Both the position numbers and the translations under genes were made by a program. A stretch of 64,000 bases of DNA, from positions 31,516-95,515 of the forward strand of contig CALKUH010000038.1 of NCBI GenBank assembly GCA_937996795.1. Reading direction: 5' to 3'. The stretch is from an uncultured Verrucomicrobiota bacterium. Lineage in GTDB: Bacteria; Verrucomicrobiota; Kiritimatiellia; CAIVKH01. The notes beneath the pieces were generated by a model. It saw only the letters and a list, made by a program, of their open reading frames with translations, did not search any database and was not told the DNA's origin. Every line of letters begins with the position of its first letter. The stretch's first letter is position 1. Shown one piece after another: positions 45,970 to 56,398 of this stretch.

Positions 45970-47742
45970 ATGAAGCTGGATCCGGCTAGCGATCTCTACC
46001 GGATGCGCCACAGCGCCGCCCATGTCATGGCCGCGGCGATCCGGCGCATCTTTGGCTCCGACGTGCAACTCGACATCGGCCCGCCGACCGAGGACGGGTT
46101 CTATTACGATTTCGACCTGACGCACCGGCTCGGTCCCGAGGACTTCGAGAAGATCGAGGCCGAGATGGCGAAGATCATCGCGGAGGACCAGCCGTTCGAG
46201 CGGATGGAGGTCTCGCGCGACGAGGCGACGAAGCTGATCAACGGCATGGGCCAGCGCTACAAGATCGAACGCCTCGCGGACATCCCCGCGGGCGAGGCGA
46301 TCACGTTCTTCAAGAACGGCGAATTCCTCGACCTCTGCCGCGGGCCGCACGTCGCGAGCACCGGGAAGATCAAGGCGTTCAAGCTGCTCAACGTCGCGGG
46401 GTCCTACTACCGCGGCAAGGAAACGAACCCGATGCTGCAGCGCGTGTACGCCACGGCGTTCGCGTCGCAGCAGGACCTCGACACGCATTTGCGCCTGCTG
46501 GAGGAAGCCAAGCAGCGCGACCACCGCAAGCTCGGCAAGGAACTCGACCTGTTCAGCATCCAGGAGGAAGTCGGGCCCGGCCTGATCCACTGGCACCCGA
46601 AGGGCGCGCGCGTCCGCTGCCTGATCGAGGATTTCTGGCGCCGGGAGCATTTCCGCGGCGGCTATGACCTGCTCTACACGCCGCACACCGGGCGCAGCAT
46701 GCTGTGGCAGACCTCGGGGCACCTCGGGTTCTACAAGGACAGCATGTACGCGCCGATGAAGATCGACGAGAACGAGTACTTCATCAAGCCGATGAACTGC
46801 CCGTTCCACATCGAGATCTACAAGAGCCAGAAGCGCTCCTATCGCGACCTGCCGCTGCGCTGGGCGGAACTCGGCACGGTGTACCGCTACGAGAAAGCGG
46901 GCGTGCTGCACGGGCTGCTGCGCGTGCGCGGCTTCACGCAGGACGACGCGCACATCTTCTGCACGGCGGAACAGATCGAGGATGAAATCATCCGCGTGAT
47001 CCGCTTCTCGAATTTCATCTGGAAGACCTTCGGCTTCACCGAAATCACCGCCTACCTCGCGACGCGCCCCAAGGAAAGCGTCGGCGAGGAGGCGCGCTGG
47101 CAGCAGGCGACCGCCTCGCTGGAGAAGGCGCTGAAGCTCGAGGGCATCCCCTACGAGGTGGACGAGGGCGGCGGCGCGTTCTACGGCCCGAAGATCGACA
47201 TGAAGGTGCGCGACTGCATCGGCCGCGAGTGGCAGTGCACCACGATCCAGTTCGATTTCAACCTGCCGGAGCGGTTCCAGCTCCAGTACGTCGGCGCGGA
47301 CAACCAGCCGCACCAGCCGTACATGGTGCACCGCGCGCTGTTCGGCAGCATCGAGCGATTCTTCGGCATTTTGCTGGAGCAGTACGCGGGCGCGTTCCCG
47401 GTCTGGCTCGCGCCGGAGCAGGCGCGCATCCTGCCGATCACCGACAAGCAGTCGGCCTACGCCCAACAGGTGGCGGAGAAACTGCGCGCGGCGGACCTGC
47501 GGGTCACGGTGGACGAGCGGCCGGAGAAGATCGGCGCGCGCATCCGCGATGCGCAACTTGAGAAGATTCCCTACATGCTGGTCGTCGGCGGACGCGAGGC
47601 GGAGGCCGGCCAGGTGGCCGTGCGCGCGCGCGGCGCGGGCGACCTCGGGGTGATGTCGGTGGACGCGCTGCTCGCGCGTCTGAAGGAAGAAGAAAGCAAC
47701 CGCACGCTGCCCGCGGCAGCGGCGGCTGGGCGAAGCGCGTAA
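45970..47742 (+). CDS. thrS: Threonine--tRNA ligase, short form lacking the N1/TGS domain.
   Basis: N2/editing-domain start (RHSAAHVMAAAIRRIFG…GFYYDFDL), class II motifs and a C-terminal anticodon-binding domain. Confidence 0.9.
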   Translation: MKLDPASDLYRMRHSAAHVMAAAIRRIFGSDVQLDIGPPTEDGFYYDFDLTHRLGPEDFEKIEAEMAKIIAEDQPFERMEVSRDEATKLINGMGQRYKIERLADIPAGEAITFFKNGEFLDLCRGPHVASTGKIKAFKLLNVAGSYYRGKETNPMLQRVYATAFASQQDLDTHLRLLEEAKQRDHRKLGKELDLFSIQEEVGPGLIHWHPKGARVRCLIEDFWRREHFRGGYDLLYTPHTGRSMLWQTSGHLGFYKDSMYAPMKIDENEYFIKPMNCPFHIEIYKSQKRSYRDLPLRWAELGTVYRYEKAGVLHGLLRVRGFTQDDAHIFCTAEQIEDEIIRVIRFSNFIWKTFGFTEITAYLATRPKESVGEEARWQQATASLEKALKLEGIPYEVDEGGGAFYGPKIDMKVRDCIGREWQCTTIQFDFNLPERFQLQYVGADNQPHQPYMVHRALFGSIERFFGILLEQYAGAFPVWLAPEQARILPITDKQSAYAQQVAEKLRAADLRVTVDERPEKIGARIRDAQLEKIPYMLVVGGREAEAGQVAVRARGAGDLGVMSVDALLARLKEEESNRTLPAAAAAGRSA

Positions 47743-47777
47743 GCGCGGAGGGTGCTGCCATTCGTACGTACATTCGG

Positions 47778-48347
47778 GTGAACAATCAGATTCGGGTGCC
47801 GTCGATCCGCCTCATTGACGCGGACGGGAGCCAGGCCGGCATCGTGTCCACCTACGACGCGCTGACGCGCGCGCGCCAGGCGCAGCTCGACCTCGTCGAG
47901 ATCGCCCCCACCGCGCAGCCGCCGGTGTGCCGGATCATGGATTTCGGCAAGTACAAGTTCGAGCTGGCGAAGAAGGAAAAGGAAGCGCGCAAGCACCACT
48001 CCGGCCAGCGCATCAAGGAAGTCAAATTCCACCCGAACGTGGAAGACCACGACTACCACACCAAGCTGCGCCACATCCGCGAATTCATCGCCGAGGGCCA
48101 CCGCGTCAAGGCATCGCTGATGTTCCGCGGACGCGAACAGGCGCACAAGGAAATCGGCCACCAGCTCATGCGCCGCCTGATGAAGGACATCGAGGACGTC
48201 GCCCGCATTGAGCGCTCGCCCGAGGAAATGGGCCGCTTCATCTTCATGATGATCACGCCCGGCGCCTCCGCGCGCAAAGTCGACGCCCCGCGCCCCGCGG
48301 CGCCGGCGCCCGCCCCCGCGCCCCGCCCGCCGATGCCGCCGCGCTAA
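47778..48347 (+). CDS. infC: Translation initiation factor IF-3.
   Basis: VRLIDADG…LDLVEIAP…PVCRIMDFGKYKFE. GTG start. Ala/Pro-rich C-terminal tail. Confidence 0.85.
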   Translation: MNNQIRVPSIRLIDADGSQAGIVSTYDALTRARQAQLDLVEIAPTAQPPVCRIMDFGKYKFELAKKEKEARKHHSGQRIKEVKFHPNVEDHDYHTKLRHIREFIAEGHRVKASLMFRGREQAHKEIGHQLMRRLMKDIEDVARIERSPEEMGRFIFMMITPGASARKVDAPRPAAPAPAPAPRPPMPPR

Positions 48348-48447
48348 GCGGCCCTCCTGTATAAAGGCGGCGCCCAACCGCGTGGCTGTGTCATTGCGCC
48401 GGCGTGCACAACGCGCTATGGTGACGCCCTCATCGGAGGATTGGTCC

Positions 48448-48735
48448 ATGAAGCGTCCCGTCATCGCCGCCCTCGCCCTTATGCTTTCGGCGCTGCCCCT
48501 GCTCGCGCAGGGCACCAACCAGGCCACGCAAGCCGCGGCCGTTGACACCGCGGCGGTCTATGCGAAGGTCGCGGCACTGGAGAAGAAGCTCGACGACATG
48601 AGCCGCCAGCTCGACTCGATTTCCAAATTCCTCGGCGACCGCCAGTCGTCCACGATGGACACGGTCGACCGCCGCCTGCGCGACATCGAGCGCGCGATCG
48701 AGGAACTGTCGCGCGACGTCGAACGCCTGCGCTGA
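48448..48735 (+). CDS. Small secreted coiled-coil protein (95 aa).
   Basis: Signal peptide MKRPVIAALALMLSALPLLAQG followed by heptad-like Leu/Arg-rich helices. Confidence 0.45.
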   Translation: MKRPVIAALALMLSALPLLAQGTNQATQAAAVDTAAVYAKVAALEKKLDDMSRQLDSISKFLGDRQSSTMDTVDRRLRDIERAIEELSRDVERLR

Positions 48736-48754
48736 TTCGTCCGGAGCCCTCCTC

Positions 48755-49633
48755 ATGCGCGTCACCCCCCTGCTCGCTTCCACCTTTACGTCCGACGGCG
48801 GCACGATGTTCGGACTCGTGCCCAAACCGATCTGGTCCCGCAAAGTCACGCCGGACGACCAGAACCGCATCCCGCAACACGCACACAGCCTGCTGGTCGA
48901 ACTGGACGATGGGCGCAAGGGCCTCGTGGACACCGGCTGCGGGTCCGCCGGCCGCTTCTCCGAAAAGGAACTGAAGCTCAACGGACTGGGACCCGGCTGG
49001 CCGCTGCTCGACGCGCTGCTCGCGCGCGGGCTCTCGCCGGACGAACTCGATTTCATCGTCTTCACCCACCTGCACTGGGATCACGCCGGCGGCGTGGTCG
49101 CGCCCTCGTCCCTCGCGCGGGAACGCTCCTTCCCCCGCGCCACGCTGCACACGCATGCGCTGGAATGGGAGGACGCCACCTCGCGGAATCCCCTGCTCTA
49201 CAAATCGTATCCGCCGGACACCATCGACGCCCTGCGCGGCGCCCCGATGGCGCTGGCGCGCGCGGACGAATCGGAAATCCTGCCGGGCATCTGGCTGCAT
49301 CGCACCTCGGGCCACACCCGGGGCCACTGCGCCGTGCGGCTCACGCATCCGAAACTCGAACTCGTGCACCCGCAGGCCGCAGACTTCGCAGGTGTCACGC
49401 AACTGCTCTTCGCGGGCGACGTTTGCCCGATGCGGCACAACCTGCGCATGGTCTTCCAGACCAGCTACGACACCTTCCCGCTCGACACGCGCGCGTGGAA
49501 ACGCGCCTGGCTGCCGCGCATCGCGCGGGAACACATCCTGCTGATGTTCGACCACGATCCCGAGGCCTTCGGCGCGCTCATCCGCGAGGACGAACGCGAA
49601 GAATTCGCCGTCACGCGGCTGCTGCCGTACTGA
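48755..49633 (+). CDS. MBL-fold metallo-hydrolase (AHL-lactonase-like HxHxDH motif).
   Basis: FTHLHWDHAGG, with downstream His/Asp ligands. Confidence 0.7.
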   Translation: MRVTPLLASTFTSDGGTMFGLVPKPIWSRKVTPDDQNRIPQHAHSLLVELDDGRKGLVDTGCGSAGRFSEKELKLNGLGPGWPLLDALLARGLSPDELDFIVFTHLHWDHAGGVVAPSSLARERSFPRATLHTHALEWEDATSRNPLLYKSYPPDTIDALRGAPMALARADESEILPGIWLHRTSGHTRGHCAVRLTHPKLELVHPQAADFAGVTQLLFAGDVCPMRHNLRMVFQTSYDTFPLDTRAWKRAWLPRIAREHILLMFDHDPEAFGALIREDEREEFAVTRLLPY

Positions 49634-49647
49634 GGGAACAACCGCGC

Positions 49648-50151
49648 ATGCTGATCGGAATCCTGTCAGACACGCATGGGGACATCGGGCGCGGGGTGCG
49701 CGCGATGGATCTGCTGCTCGCGCGGGGCGCGCAGGCGGTGATCCACTGCGGGGACATCGGCAGCGAGGAGATGCTCGACGAACTGGCCGCCCTGTGCGAG
49801 GCGCACGCCGTCCCGCTGCACGCGGTGCTCGGCAATGTGGATGACTACGAGCCCGGCCTGCGCGACTACCGGGATGGCAACCGCGTGACGATGTGGAGGG
49901 CGAAGGCCGATGTGGAACTGGGCGGGCGCCGCATCTGCGTCATGCACGGACACGACGCGCGCGGCCTGCTCGCGGCCATCGCCAGCGGAACCTACGACTA
50001 CGTGTTCACGGGCCACACGCATCAAACGTACGACGAGCGCGAGGGCCGCACGCGCGTGATCAATCCCGGCGCGGTCTATCGCGCCAACCCGCCCAGTGTC
50101 GCCCTGCTCGAGTTGTCCACCGACACGCTCGAGTTCATCCCGACGCGCTGA
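49648..50151 (+). CDS. YfcE/MJ0936-family metallophosphoesterase.
   Basis: ILSDTHG…GDIG…GNVD…GHTH motifs. Confidence 0.75.
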   Translation: MLIGILSDTHGDIGRGVRAMDLLLARGAQAVIHCGDIGSEEMLDELAALCEAHAVPLHAVLGNVDDYEPGLRDYRDGNRVTMWRAKADVELGGRRICVMHGHDARGLLAAIASGTYDYVFTGHTHQTYDEREGRTRVINPGAVYRANPPSVALLELSTDTLEFIPTR

Positions 50152-50160
50152 CGCCGCGGT

Positions 50161-51252
50161 TCACCGCGACAGGGAATCCAGGATCAGGCGCGCGGCTTCT
50201 GCGTCGCCGCCGGCCGCGAGGCGTTCGCGCGGTTCAGGGGCGTGGGCGAGCGCTTCCAGCGCGCCGCGCAAGTCGCCCCGGTACAGGCGCTCCGCCGGCA
50301 GGTGGACGTGGCGGAAGTGGCGTTTTACCGCGGCCTCGAGCACGGGATATTCGCGAAAATCCGTGCGCTCCACGTAAATCAGCGGCTTGTGGTTGACCGC
50401 GCATTCGGAGAGCACGCCGAAGCCGGGCTTGGTCAGCACCGCGTCGCAGGAGGCCAGCGCGTCGGCGTAGGAAATCACGCGGCGGTTGACCGCGTGGATG
50501 TTGGGACCCGGCCAGCCGAGCGGCTGCACGGTGAAAAATTCCCAGTCGCGCAGGGCGTGCACGCGCGCGAGTGCGTCGGCGTCCCAATCGAGCGACGTAA
50601 ACGACAGGAGAATCCAGGTGCGGCCCGGATCGGCGCCCGACTGCGCGGCGAGTTCCGCGCGGCGCGATCGGCCGGGGCGCGCGGGCACGTTGAGTTCGCG
50701 GCGACGCTGAAACGCGGCCATCGGTTCGGCGAAGGGAAGGCGCAGCAGGAGGTCGCACGCCGCGTAGCAATCGCGAAAATGCGCGACCACCCCGGCCCAC
50801 GCCGGATCGCGCGGGATGAACTCCTCGTAGATCCAATCCCACGCGAAATTGCCGATCGCGAGCGCGGGGATGCCGGCGGCGCGCGCGGCCCGCAGCGGGA
50901 TGCCGGGAATATCCGCGACCACGGCGCGGATGTTCGCCGCGCGCAGGAACGCCACTTCGGCGGCCTCCAGCGCGTCGGCCTCGGCCAGCAGGCGGCGGCA
51001 CTGCGCGAGCGTCGCAGGCACATCCACGCGCACGGAGTCGAGTTGCACCATGCCGACGTCGAAACGGCCCGCGCGCTGCGACCAGCGACCCGGCGGCAGG
51101 CGGTCCGCGAAAAAAGACGGCGGGAGATCGGTGACGATGTGGATGACGAGCGTCGGCGCCGCCTCCATCAGCGCGCGCAGGATGTCGCACGAGCGCGCGC
51201 CGTGGCCGTAGCCGTGGGCGGTCACATAGTAGGCCAACGCCGGTTCAGCCAT
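50161..51252 (-). CDS. GT-B-fold glycosyltransferase (MurG/GT28-like, MJ1255-type).
   Basis: YYVTAHGYGHGARSCDILRAL N-terminal Gly-rich loop and a C-terminal sugar-nucleotide-binding half. Confidence 0.55.
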   Translation of the reverse strand: MAEPALAYYVTAHGYGHGARSCDILRALMEAAPTLVIHIVTDLPPSFFADRLPPGRWSQRAGRFDVGMVQLDSVRVDVPATLAQCRRLLAEADALEAAEVAFLRAANIRAVVADIPGIPLRAARAAGIPALAIGNFAWDWIYEEFIPRDPAWAGVVAHFRDCYAACDLLLRLPFAEPMAAFQRRRELNVPARPGRSRRAELAAQSGADPGRTWILLSFTSLDWDADALARVHALRDWEFFTVQPLGWPGPNIHAVNRRVISYADALASCDAVLTKPGFGVLSECAVNHKPLIYVERTDFREYPVLEAAVKRHFRHVHLPAERLYRGDLRGALEALAHAPEPRERLAAGGDAEAARLILDSLSR

Positions 51253-51261
51253 CGGCGCCCC

Positions 51262-52464
51262 TCAATCCTTTCCCGCGGGCCGGAACAGGCCGAAGGCGCT
51301 GGTATAGCCGTGGATGTGGGTGGCCCTCGAAACGGGGCCGATCTCGCCGTTGCAGAAAAAGCCTCCAAGCGGGACGGCCCCGAGGTGTTCGGCGAACACG
51401 CGGGTGTCGTGGTTCGCCTCGCCGTAGAGCACGCGTCCGCGCCCCACGCAGGAGAAGAGCAACGCCCCGCGCGGCGACGCATCGGCGGCGCGCGCGCGGT
51501 ATCGGCCGAGCAACGCGTTGAGGTCGCCGGACGACGCCTCCTTGTCGCGCAAGTGAAAGTGCACAACCTGCCCGGTCCGCAGCGGGGCGGATACGGCGAG
51601 GATGCCGCGGGCGTAGTCGATGCCGACGAGGTTGCGCATCAGGTACTCCGGCGGCGGTTCTCCCACCTCAAGATCATCCGCCTGGATGCCGAGGAACAGC
51701 GACGTGCGCATCAGGCGCCTGTCCTCCTCCGGCGCCTGCTCGACCAGTTCGGCGAGGTAGCGCAGCGGGGCCTGGCCATCGACCTCCAGCAGCACATTGT
51801 TCTCGCAGCGCGTGATCGTGAGCGGGCGTCCGATCGGGCGGCAGCCCTGTGCGACGATCGTATCCACCTCGATGTTTCCGCTCAGCGCGACGAGCACGGT
51901 GCCCGCGCGGTGCACGCGCCCGCCCTCGAACAGGGCGTTTTCGCCCCGCTGACGTCCGCCGCTGGCGAGCCCGCCGATCTTGGCCGTGCCGGGGAAGGCG
52001 TAGTCCAGGCCCGTGAGCAGCGGGTCCACGGCGGAGGTGAACGGGTCGGCCAGCACCACAAAATGCGGGTCGGCCCCCTCGCGCAACCCGAGCCACGAAC
52101 GCCACACCGCGGGCGGCGCGTCATCGTCCGGCAGCCCCTGCGTATCGGTGAATATCGCCTGCACGCGCACATCCGGAAGGCGCGCCGCGACCAGGGCCAG
52201 CGCCGGCTGGTTTTCCACCTCCACCCCGCCGCCAATCACTCCGCCGGCGGAACAGCCCGCGAGCACGCGAGCGGGCAGGTGCTCCTGCACCAGCGCCGGA
52301 ATCCGTTCATAGGCCTCCTTGAAATGGGGCGACACAAACACCAGACACAAATCCGCCGTTTCTCCGCCCAGCGAGGTCCGGACCGCCGCCGCCGCGCGCG
52401 CGACCGCCTCGCCCAGATTCGCCGTGCTCACGACGGAGGACGCCCATTTCATTGTCTTTGTCAT
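51262..52464 (-). CDS. FIST N/C-domain sensory protein.
   Basis: Domain order and length match FIST_N+FIST_C proteins (LCLVFVSPHF… / …GFFCNGEIGP). Confidence 0.6.
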   Translation of the reverse strand: MTKTMKWASSVVSTANLGEAVARAAAAVRTSLGGETADLCLVFVSPHFKEAYERIPALVQEHLPARVLAGCSAGGVIGGGVEVENQPALALVAARLPDVRVQAIFTDTQGLPDDDAPPAVWRSWLGLREGADPHFVVLADPFTSAVDPLLTGLDYAFPGTAKIGGLASGGRQRGENALFEGGRVHRAGTVLVALSGNIEVDTIVAQGCRPIGRPLTITRCENNVLLEVDGQAPLRYLAELVEQAPEEDRRLMRTSLFLGIQADDLEVGEPPPEYLMRNLVGIDYARGILAVSAPLRTGQVVHFHLRDKEASSGDLNALLGRYRARAADASPRGALLFSCVGRGRVLYGEANHDTRVFAEHLGAVPLGGFFCNGEIGPVSRATHIHGYTSAFGLFRPAGKD

Positions 52465-52608
52465 GTCGGCACGATAGCCCGCCCCCGCCCGGAGTTCCAG
52501 AGTTCATCGCGCGCGGGGGCAGCCCGCCGCGCAGCACACGGCGCATTCCCGGGCAGCGGACGGAGAATATTGAATTGAATGCCTGCACAGCTTGCATACA
52601 ATGCAGGC

Positions 52609-52860
52609 ATGAAGCGGACTCAATATACGCTGCGCGGCGTTCCCGAGCGCGTGGACCGCGCACTTCGCGAACGCGCTGCGACCTATGGGGAAAGTATCAA
52701 TGCCGCGGCACTCCGCTCCCTTCAAGAGGGTCTGGGCATTGCCGGTGAACCACCGGTGCATCACGATCTGGATGCGCTGGCGGGAACATGGGTGAAGGAC
52801 CCGGCCTTTGACCGGGCGATCGCCGACCTCGACCGCGTGGATCCGGGGCTGTGGAAATGA
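52609..52860 (+). CDS. vapB: Type II antitoxin (RHH/VapB-like). An alternative start is at 52579.
   Basis: MKRTQYTLRGVPERVDRALRERA… ATGA overlap with the downstream PIN toxin gene. Confidence 0.55.
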   Translation: MKRTQYTLRGVPERVDRALRERAATYGESINAAALRSLQEGLGIAGEPPVHHDLDALAGTWVKDPAFDRAIADLDRVDPGLWK

Positions 52861-53249
52861 ACCTGCTGCTGGACACCAATGCCTATCGGGATTTTTGTGA
52901 AGGGCGCCCGGCAATGGTTTCGATCATCCAAAAGGCCCGCACGATTGCGCTGCCGTTCGTGGTGCTCGCGGAACTGCGAGCCGGGTTTGCCTGCGGAACG
53001 CTGGCCCGTCGAAACGAAGGGATTCTCGTTCGCTTTCTGAATGCGTCCCGCGTGCGGGTACTCTACCCGGATGAGAATACGACGCATCATTTTGGGCGGT
53101 TGTACCACCAGTTGAGAAAACAGGGTACGCCGATTCCCGCACATGACATATGGATCGCCGCCCTCGCCGCACAACACGACCTGTTGTTGGCCAGCCGGGA
53201 CCGACACTTCGACCATCTGCCCCAGCTTGCGCGGGTTGAGATGACGTGA
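52857..53249 (+). CDS. vapC: Type II toxin, PIN-domain (VapC family).
   Basis: MNLLLDTNAY… PIN acidic residues. Confidence 0.75.
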   Translation: MNLLLDTNAYRDFCEGRPAMVSIIQKARTIALPFVVLAELRAGFACGTLARRNEGILVRFLNASRVRVLYPDENTTHHFGRLYHQLRKQGTPIPAHDIWIAALAAQHDLLLASRDRHFDHLPQLARVEMT

Positions 53250-53310
53250 AGCAACGGCCCGCCTTGAAACCCGCCTTGCAAATCGAGGGGCGCGCGATAA
53301 CGATGGCGGG

Positions 53311-54366
53311 ATGAATTCGATTCCTCCGCCGCTTCCCCTTGCGCCAACCGCCACACCGCCGCCGTCCTCCCGGCGCGCGCGCACATGGGTCGTCCTGATC
53401 ATCGCGGTGCTGGCCCTGCTGCTGGCCGTCAGCGTGATGATGAATGCGGGGCTTTCAACCGCGTTGAGCCAGAAGTTGAAACACCGCGGCCAGCTCCATA
53501 CGCAGGCGGTGGATGAGTTTCCGTCGCTCACGGAGGTGTGGTCGTACGGCAGCGGGGACGCGAAGGTGGCGCGCATCGCGGTGCAGGGCATGATTATCCG
53601 CGAGACGCAGGCGGGCCTTTTCGCGACGCCGGTCAACATGGTCGATTCCGTGCTCGCGCAGATCCGCACCGCGCAGGCGGACCCGGAGGTGCGGGCGCTC
53701 ATCGTCGAGGTCGACTCCCCGGGCGGCGGCATCACCGCGAGCGACGAAATCTACCGCGCACTGAACGGGTTCCGCGACAGCGACGAAGCGCGCGTTGTCG
53801 TGGTGTTCATGCGCGACCTCGCCGCGTCGGGCGGCTACTACGTGGCCATGGGCGGCGACTGGCTGATCGCGCAGCCCACCACCGTGCTCGGCTCAATCGG
53901 CGTCATCATGCAGTCAATCAACATGAAGGGCCTGAGCGAAAAGATCGGCATTCACGACGTCACGATCAAGTCGGGTGCGAACAAGGACCTGCTGAACCCG
54001 TTCACCGACGTGGACCCCGCGCAGCGCGCGCTGCTGCAGCAGATGATCGACGCGATGTTCGAGCACTTCCTCGGCATCGTGCAGGAGAACCGGCCCATCC
54101 CCGCCGAGGACTTGCGCAAACTCGCGGACGGCCGCCTGTTCGTCGCCCCGCAGGCGCTGGACCTGAAACTCGTGGACCAGATCGGCTACTGGGAGGACGC
54201 GATGGCCAAGACGGCGGAATTGCTTGAGGTGGACGCGATCAAGGTCGTCCGCTACGAACAACACATCGATTTCTTCACCTGGCTGACGACGGTGAAGAGC
54301 CCGTTGCACCCGTCCGCCTGGATGCCCGACATCACGCCGCGCTTCCAGTACCTGTGGAACCCGTAG
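53311..54366 (+). CDS. sppA: Signal peptide peptidase SppA (36K type).
   Basis: N-terminal TM. SPGG…ASGGYY Ser/Lys-dyad ClpP-fold motifs. Confidence 0.8.
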   Translation: MNSIPPPLPLAPTATPPPSSRRARTWVVLIIAVLALLLAVSVMMNAGLSTALSQKLKHRGQLHTQAVDEFPSLTEVWSYGSGDAKVARIAVQGMIIRETQAGLFATPVNMVDSVLAQIRTAQADPEVRALIVEVDSPGGGITASDEIYRALNGFRDSDEARVVVVFMRDLAASGGYYVAMGGDWLIAQPTTVLGSIGVIMQSINMKGLSEKIGIHDVTIKSGANKDLLNPFTDVDPAQRALLQQMIDAMFEHFLGIVQENRPIPAEDLRKLADGRLFVAPQALDLKLVDQIGYWEDAMAKTAELLEVDAIKVVRYEQHIDFFTWLTTVKSPLHPSAWMPDITPRFQYLWNP

Positions 54367-54372
54367 CCTGAA

Positions 54373-55536
<1,164 letters not shown>

Positions 55537-55588
55537 CTTCCCGCCAGCAAGCGGTTTTCACAGGACAAAGAAAAGTCAAAAAAAGGCG

Positions 55589-55642
55589 TTGACGAAAGAC
55601 AGGGCCCTGCTATCAATCTACTTATTCGGTAGAGATAGTAGA
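55589..55642 (+). promoter_or_regulatory. Promoter (TTGACG-16 nt-TATCAA) with a 26-bp inverted repeat (tctacttattcggtagagatagtaga) lying between the -10 and the Rrf2 start codon. Candidate autoregulatory operator.
   Basis: Read directly from the sequence. The IR spans 55617-55642 and the ATG is at 55645. Confidence 0.45.
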
Positions 55643-55644
55643 TT

Positions 55645-56097
55645 ATGCTAACCAGCAAAACCAAATACGCGTTGATCGCCTTGCAGACCCTGGCGAGGGC
55701 GCGGCGGGATGAACCGGTGCTGATTGCCCGGATCGCGGAAGAGGAGTCGATTCCGCGTAAATTTCTCGAGCGGATCCTGCTGGAGCTGAAGGCGCGCGGC
55801 GTGCTGCGCAGCCAGAAGGGAAAAGGCGGCGGCTACTCCCTCGCCCGCGCCCCCGACGAGATCCCGCTGGCGGATATCGTCCGCTGGATGGACGGCCCGC
55901 TCGCGCCGGTTTCCTGTGTCAGCCAGACGGCCTATGCGCCGTGCCGCGAGTGCCGCAACGAGGCGTGTTGCGGGATTCGCTCCGTGATGAAGGAGGTCCG
56001 CGACGCGATCGCCGACATCCTCGGAGCCACGACGGTGGCGGATCTGGTGCGCCGCGGGCAGGACACCCGGCGGCAGGAATTAACCTACGATATTTGA
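55645..56097 (+). CDS. Rrf2-family transcriptional regulator (IscR/CymR-like).
   Basis: MLTSKTKYALIALQTLAR… wHTH, with conserved Cys residues (C..C…CC). Confidence 0.8.
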   Translation: MLTSKTKYALIALQTLARARRDEPVLIARIAEEESIPRKFLERILLELKARGVLRSQKGKGGGYSLARAPDEIPLADIVRWMDGPLAPVSCVSQTAYAPCRECRNEACCGIRSVMKEVRDAIADILGATTVADLVRRGQDTRRQELTYDI

Positions 56098-56104
56098 GTG
56101 GAAC

Positions 56105-56281
56105 ATGAGCAGCAGTGAACAGAAACGCGAGACACAAGAACAGCGGGCGGACGAGGCCGGCATCCAGCAGGAAATCCTGCGCGCGGTGAAGGACGTGCGC
56201 TTCGGGTCGGTGGAGGTCGTGATTCACGACTCCAAGGTTGTGCAGGTGGAGCGGCGGGAAAAAATTCGCTTTCAGAAATAA
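56105..56281 (+). CDS. YezD/DUF2292-family small protein (58 aa). Not present in the supplied ORF track.
   Basis: Translated by hand: MSSSEQKRETQEQRADEAGIQQEILRAVKDVRFGSVEVVIHDSKVVQVERREKIRFQK. The GSVEVVIHDGKVVQIE-type core is typical of YezD, and the gene sits next to sulfate-transport genes. Confidence 0.5.
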   Translation: MSSSEQKRETQEQRADEAGIQQEILRAVKDVRFGSVEVVIHDSKVVQVERREKIRFQK

Positions 56282-56398
56282 CGCCGGACCGGCGGGGCCG
56301 TCCGCACAGGCGGAGGCCTTCAACAAACAAAAAAAAGAAGAGGTGGAGCGCTGACCGGATCACCGGAAGTCACCACAGGAAACTGAGGAGACAATCCG

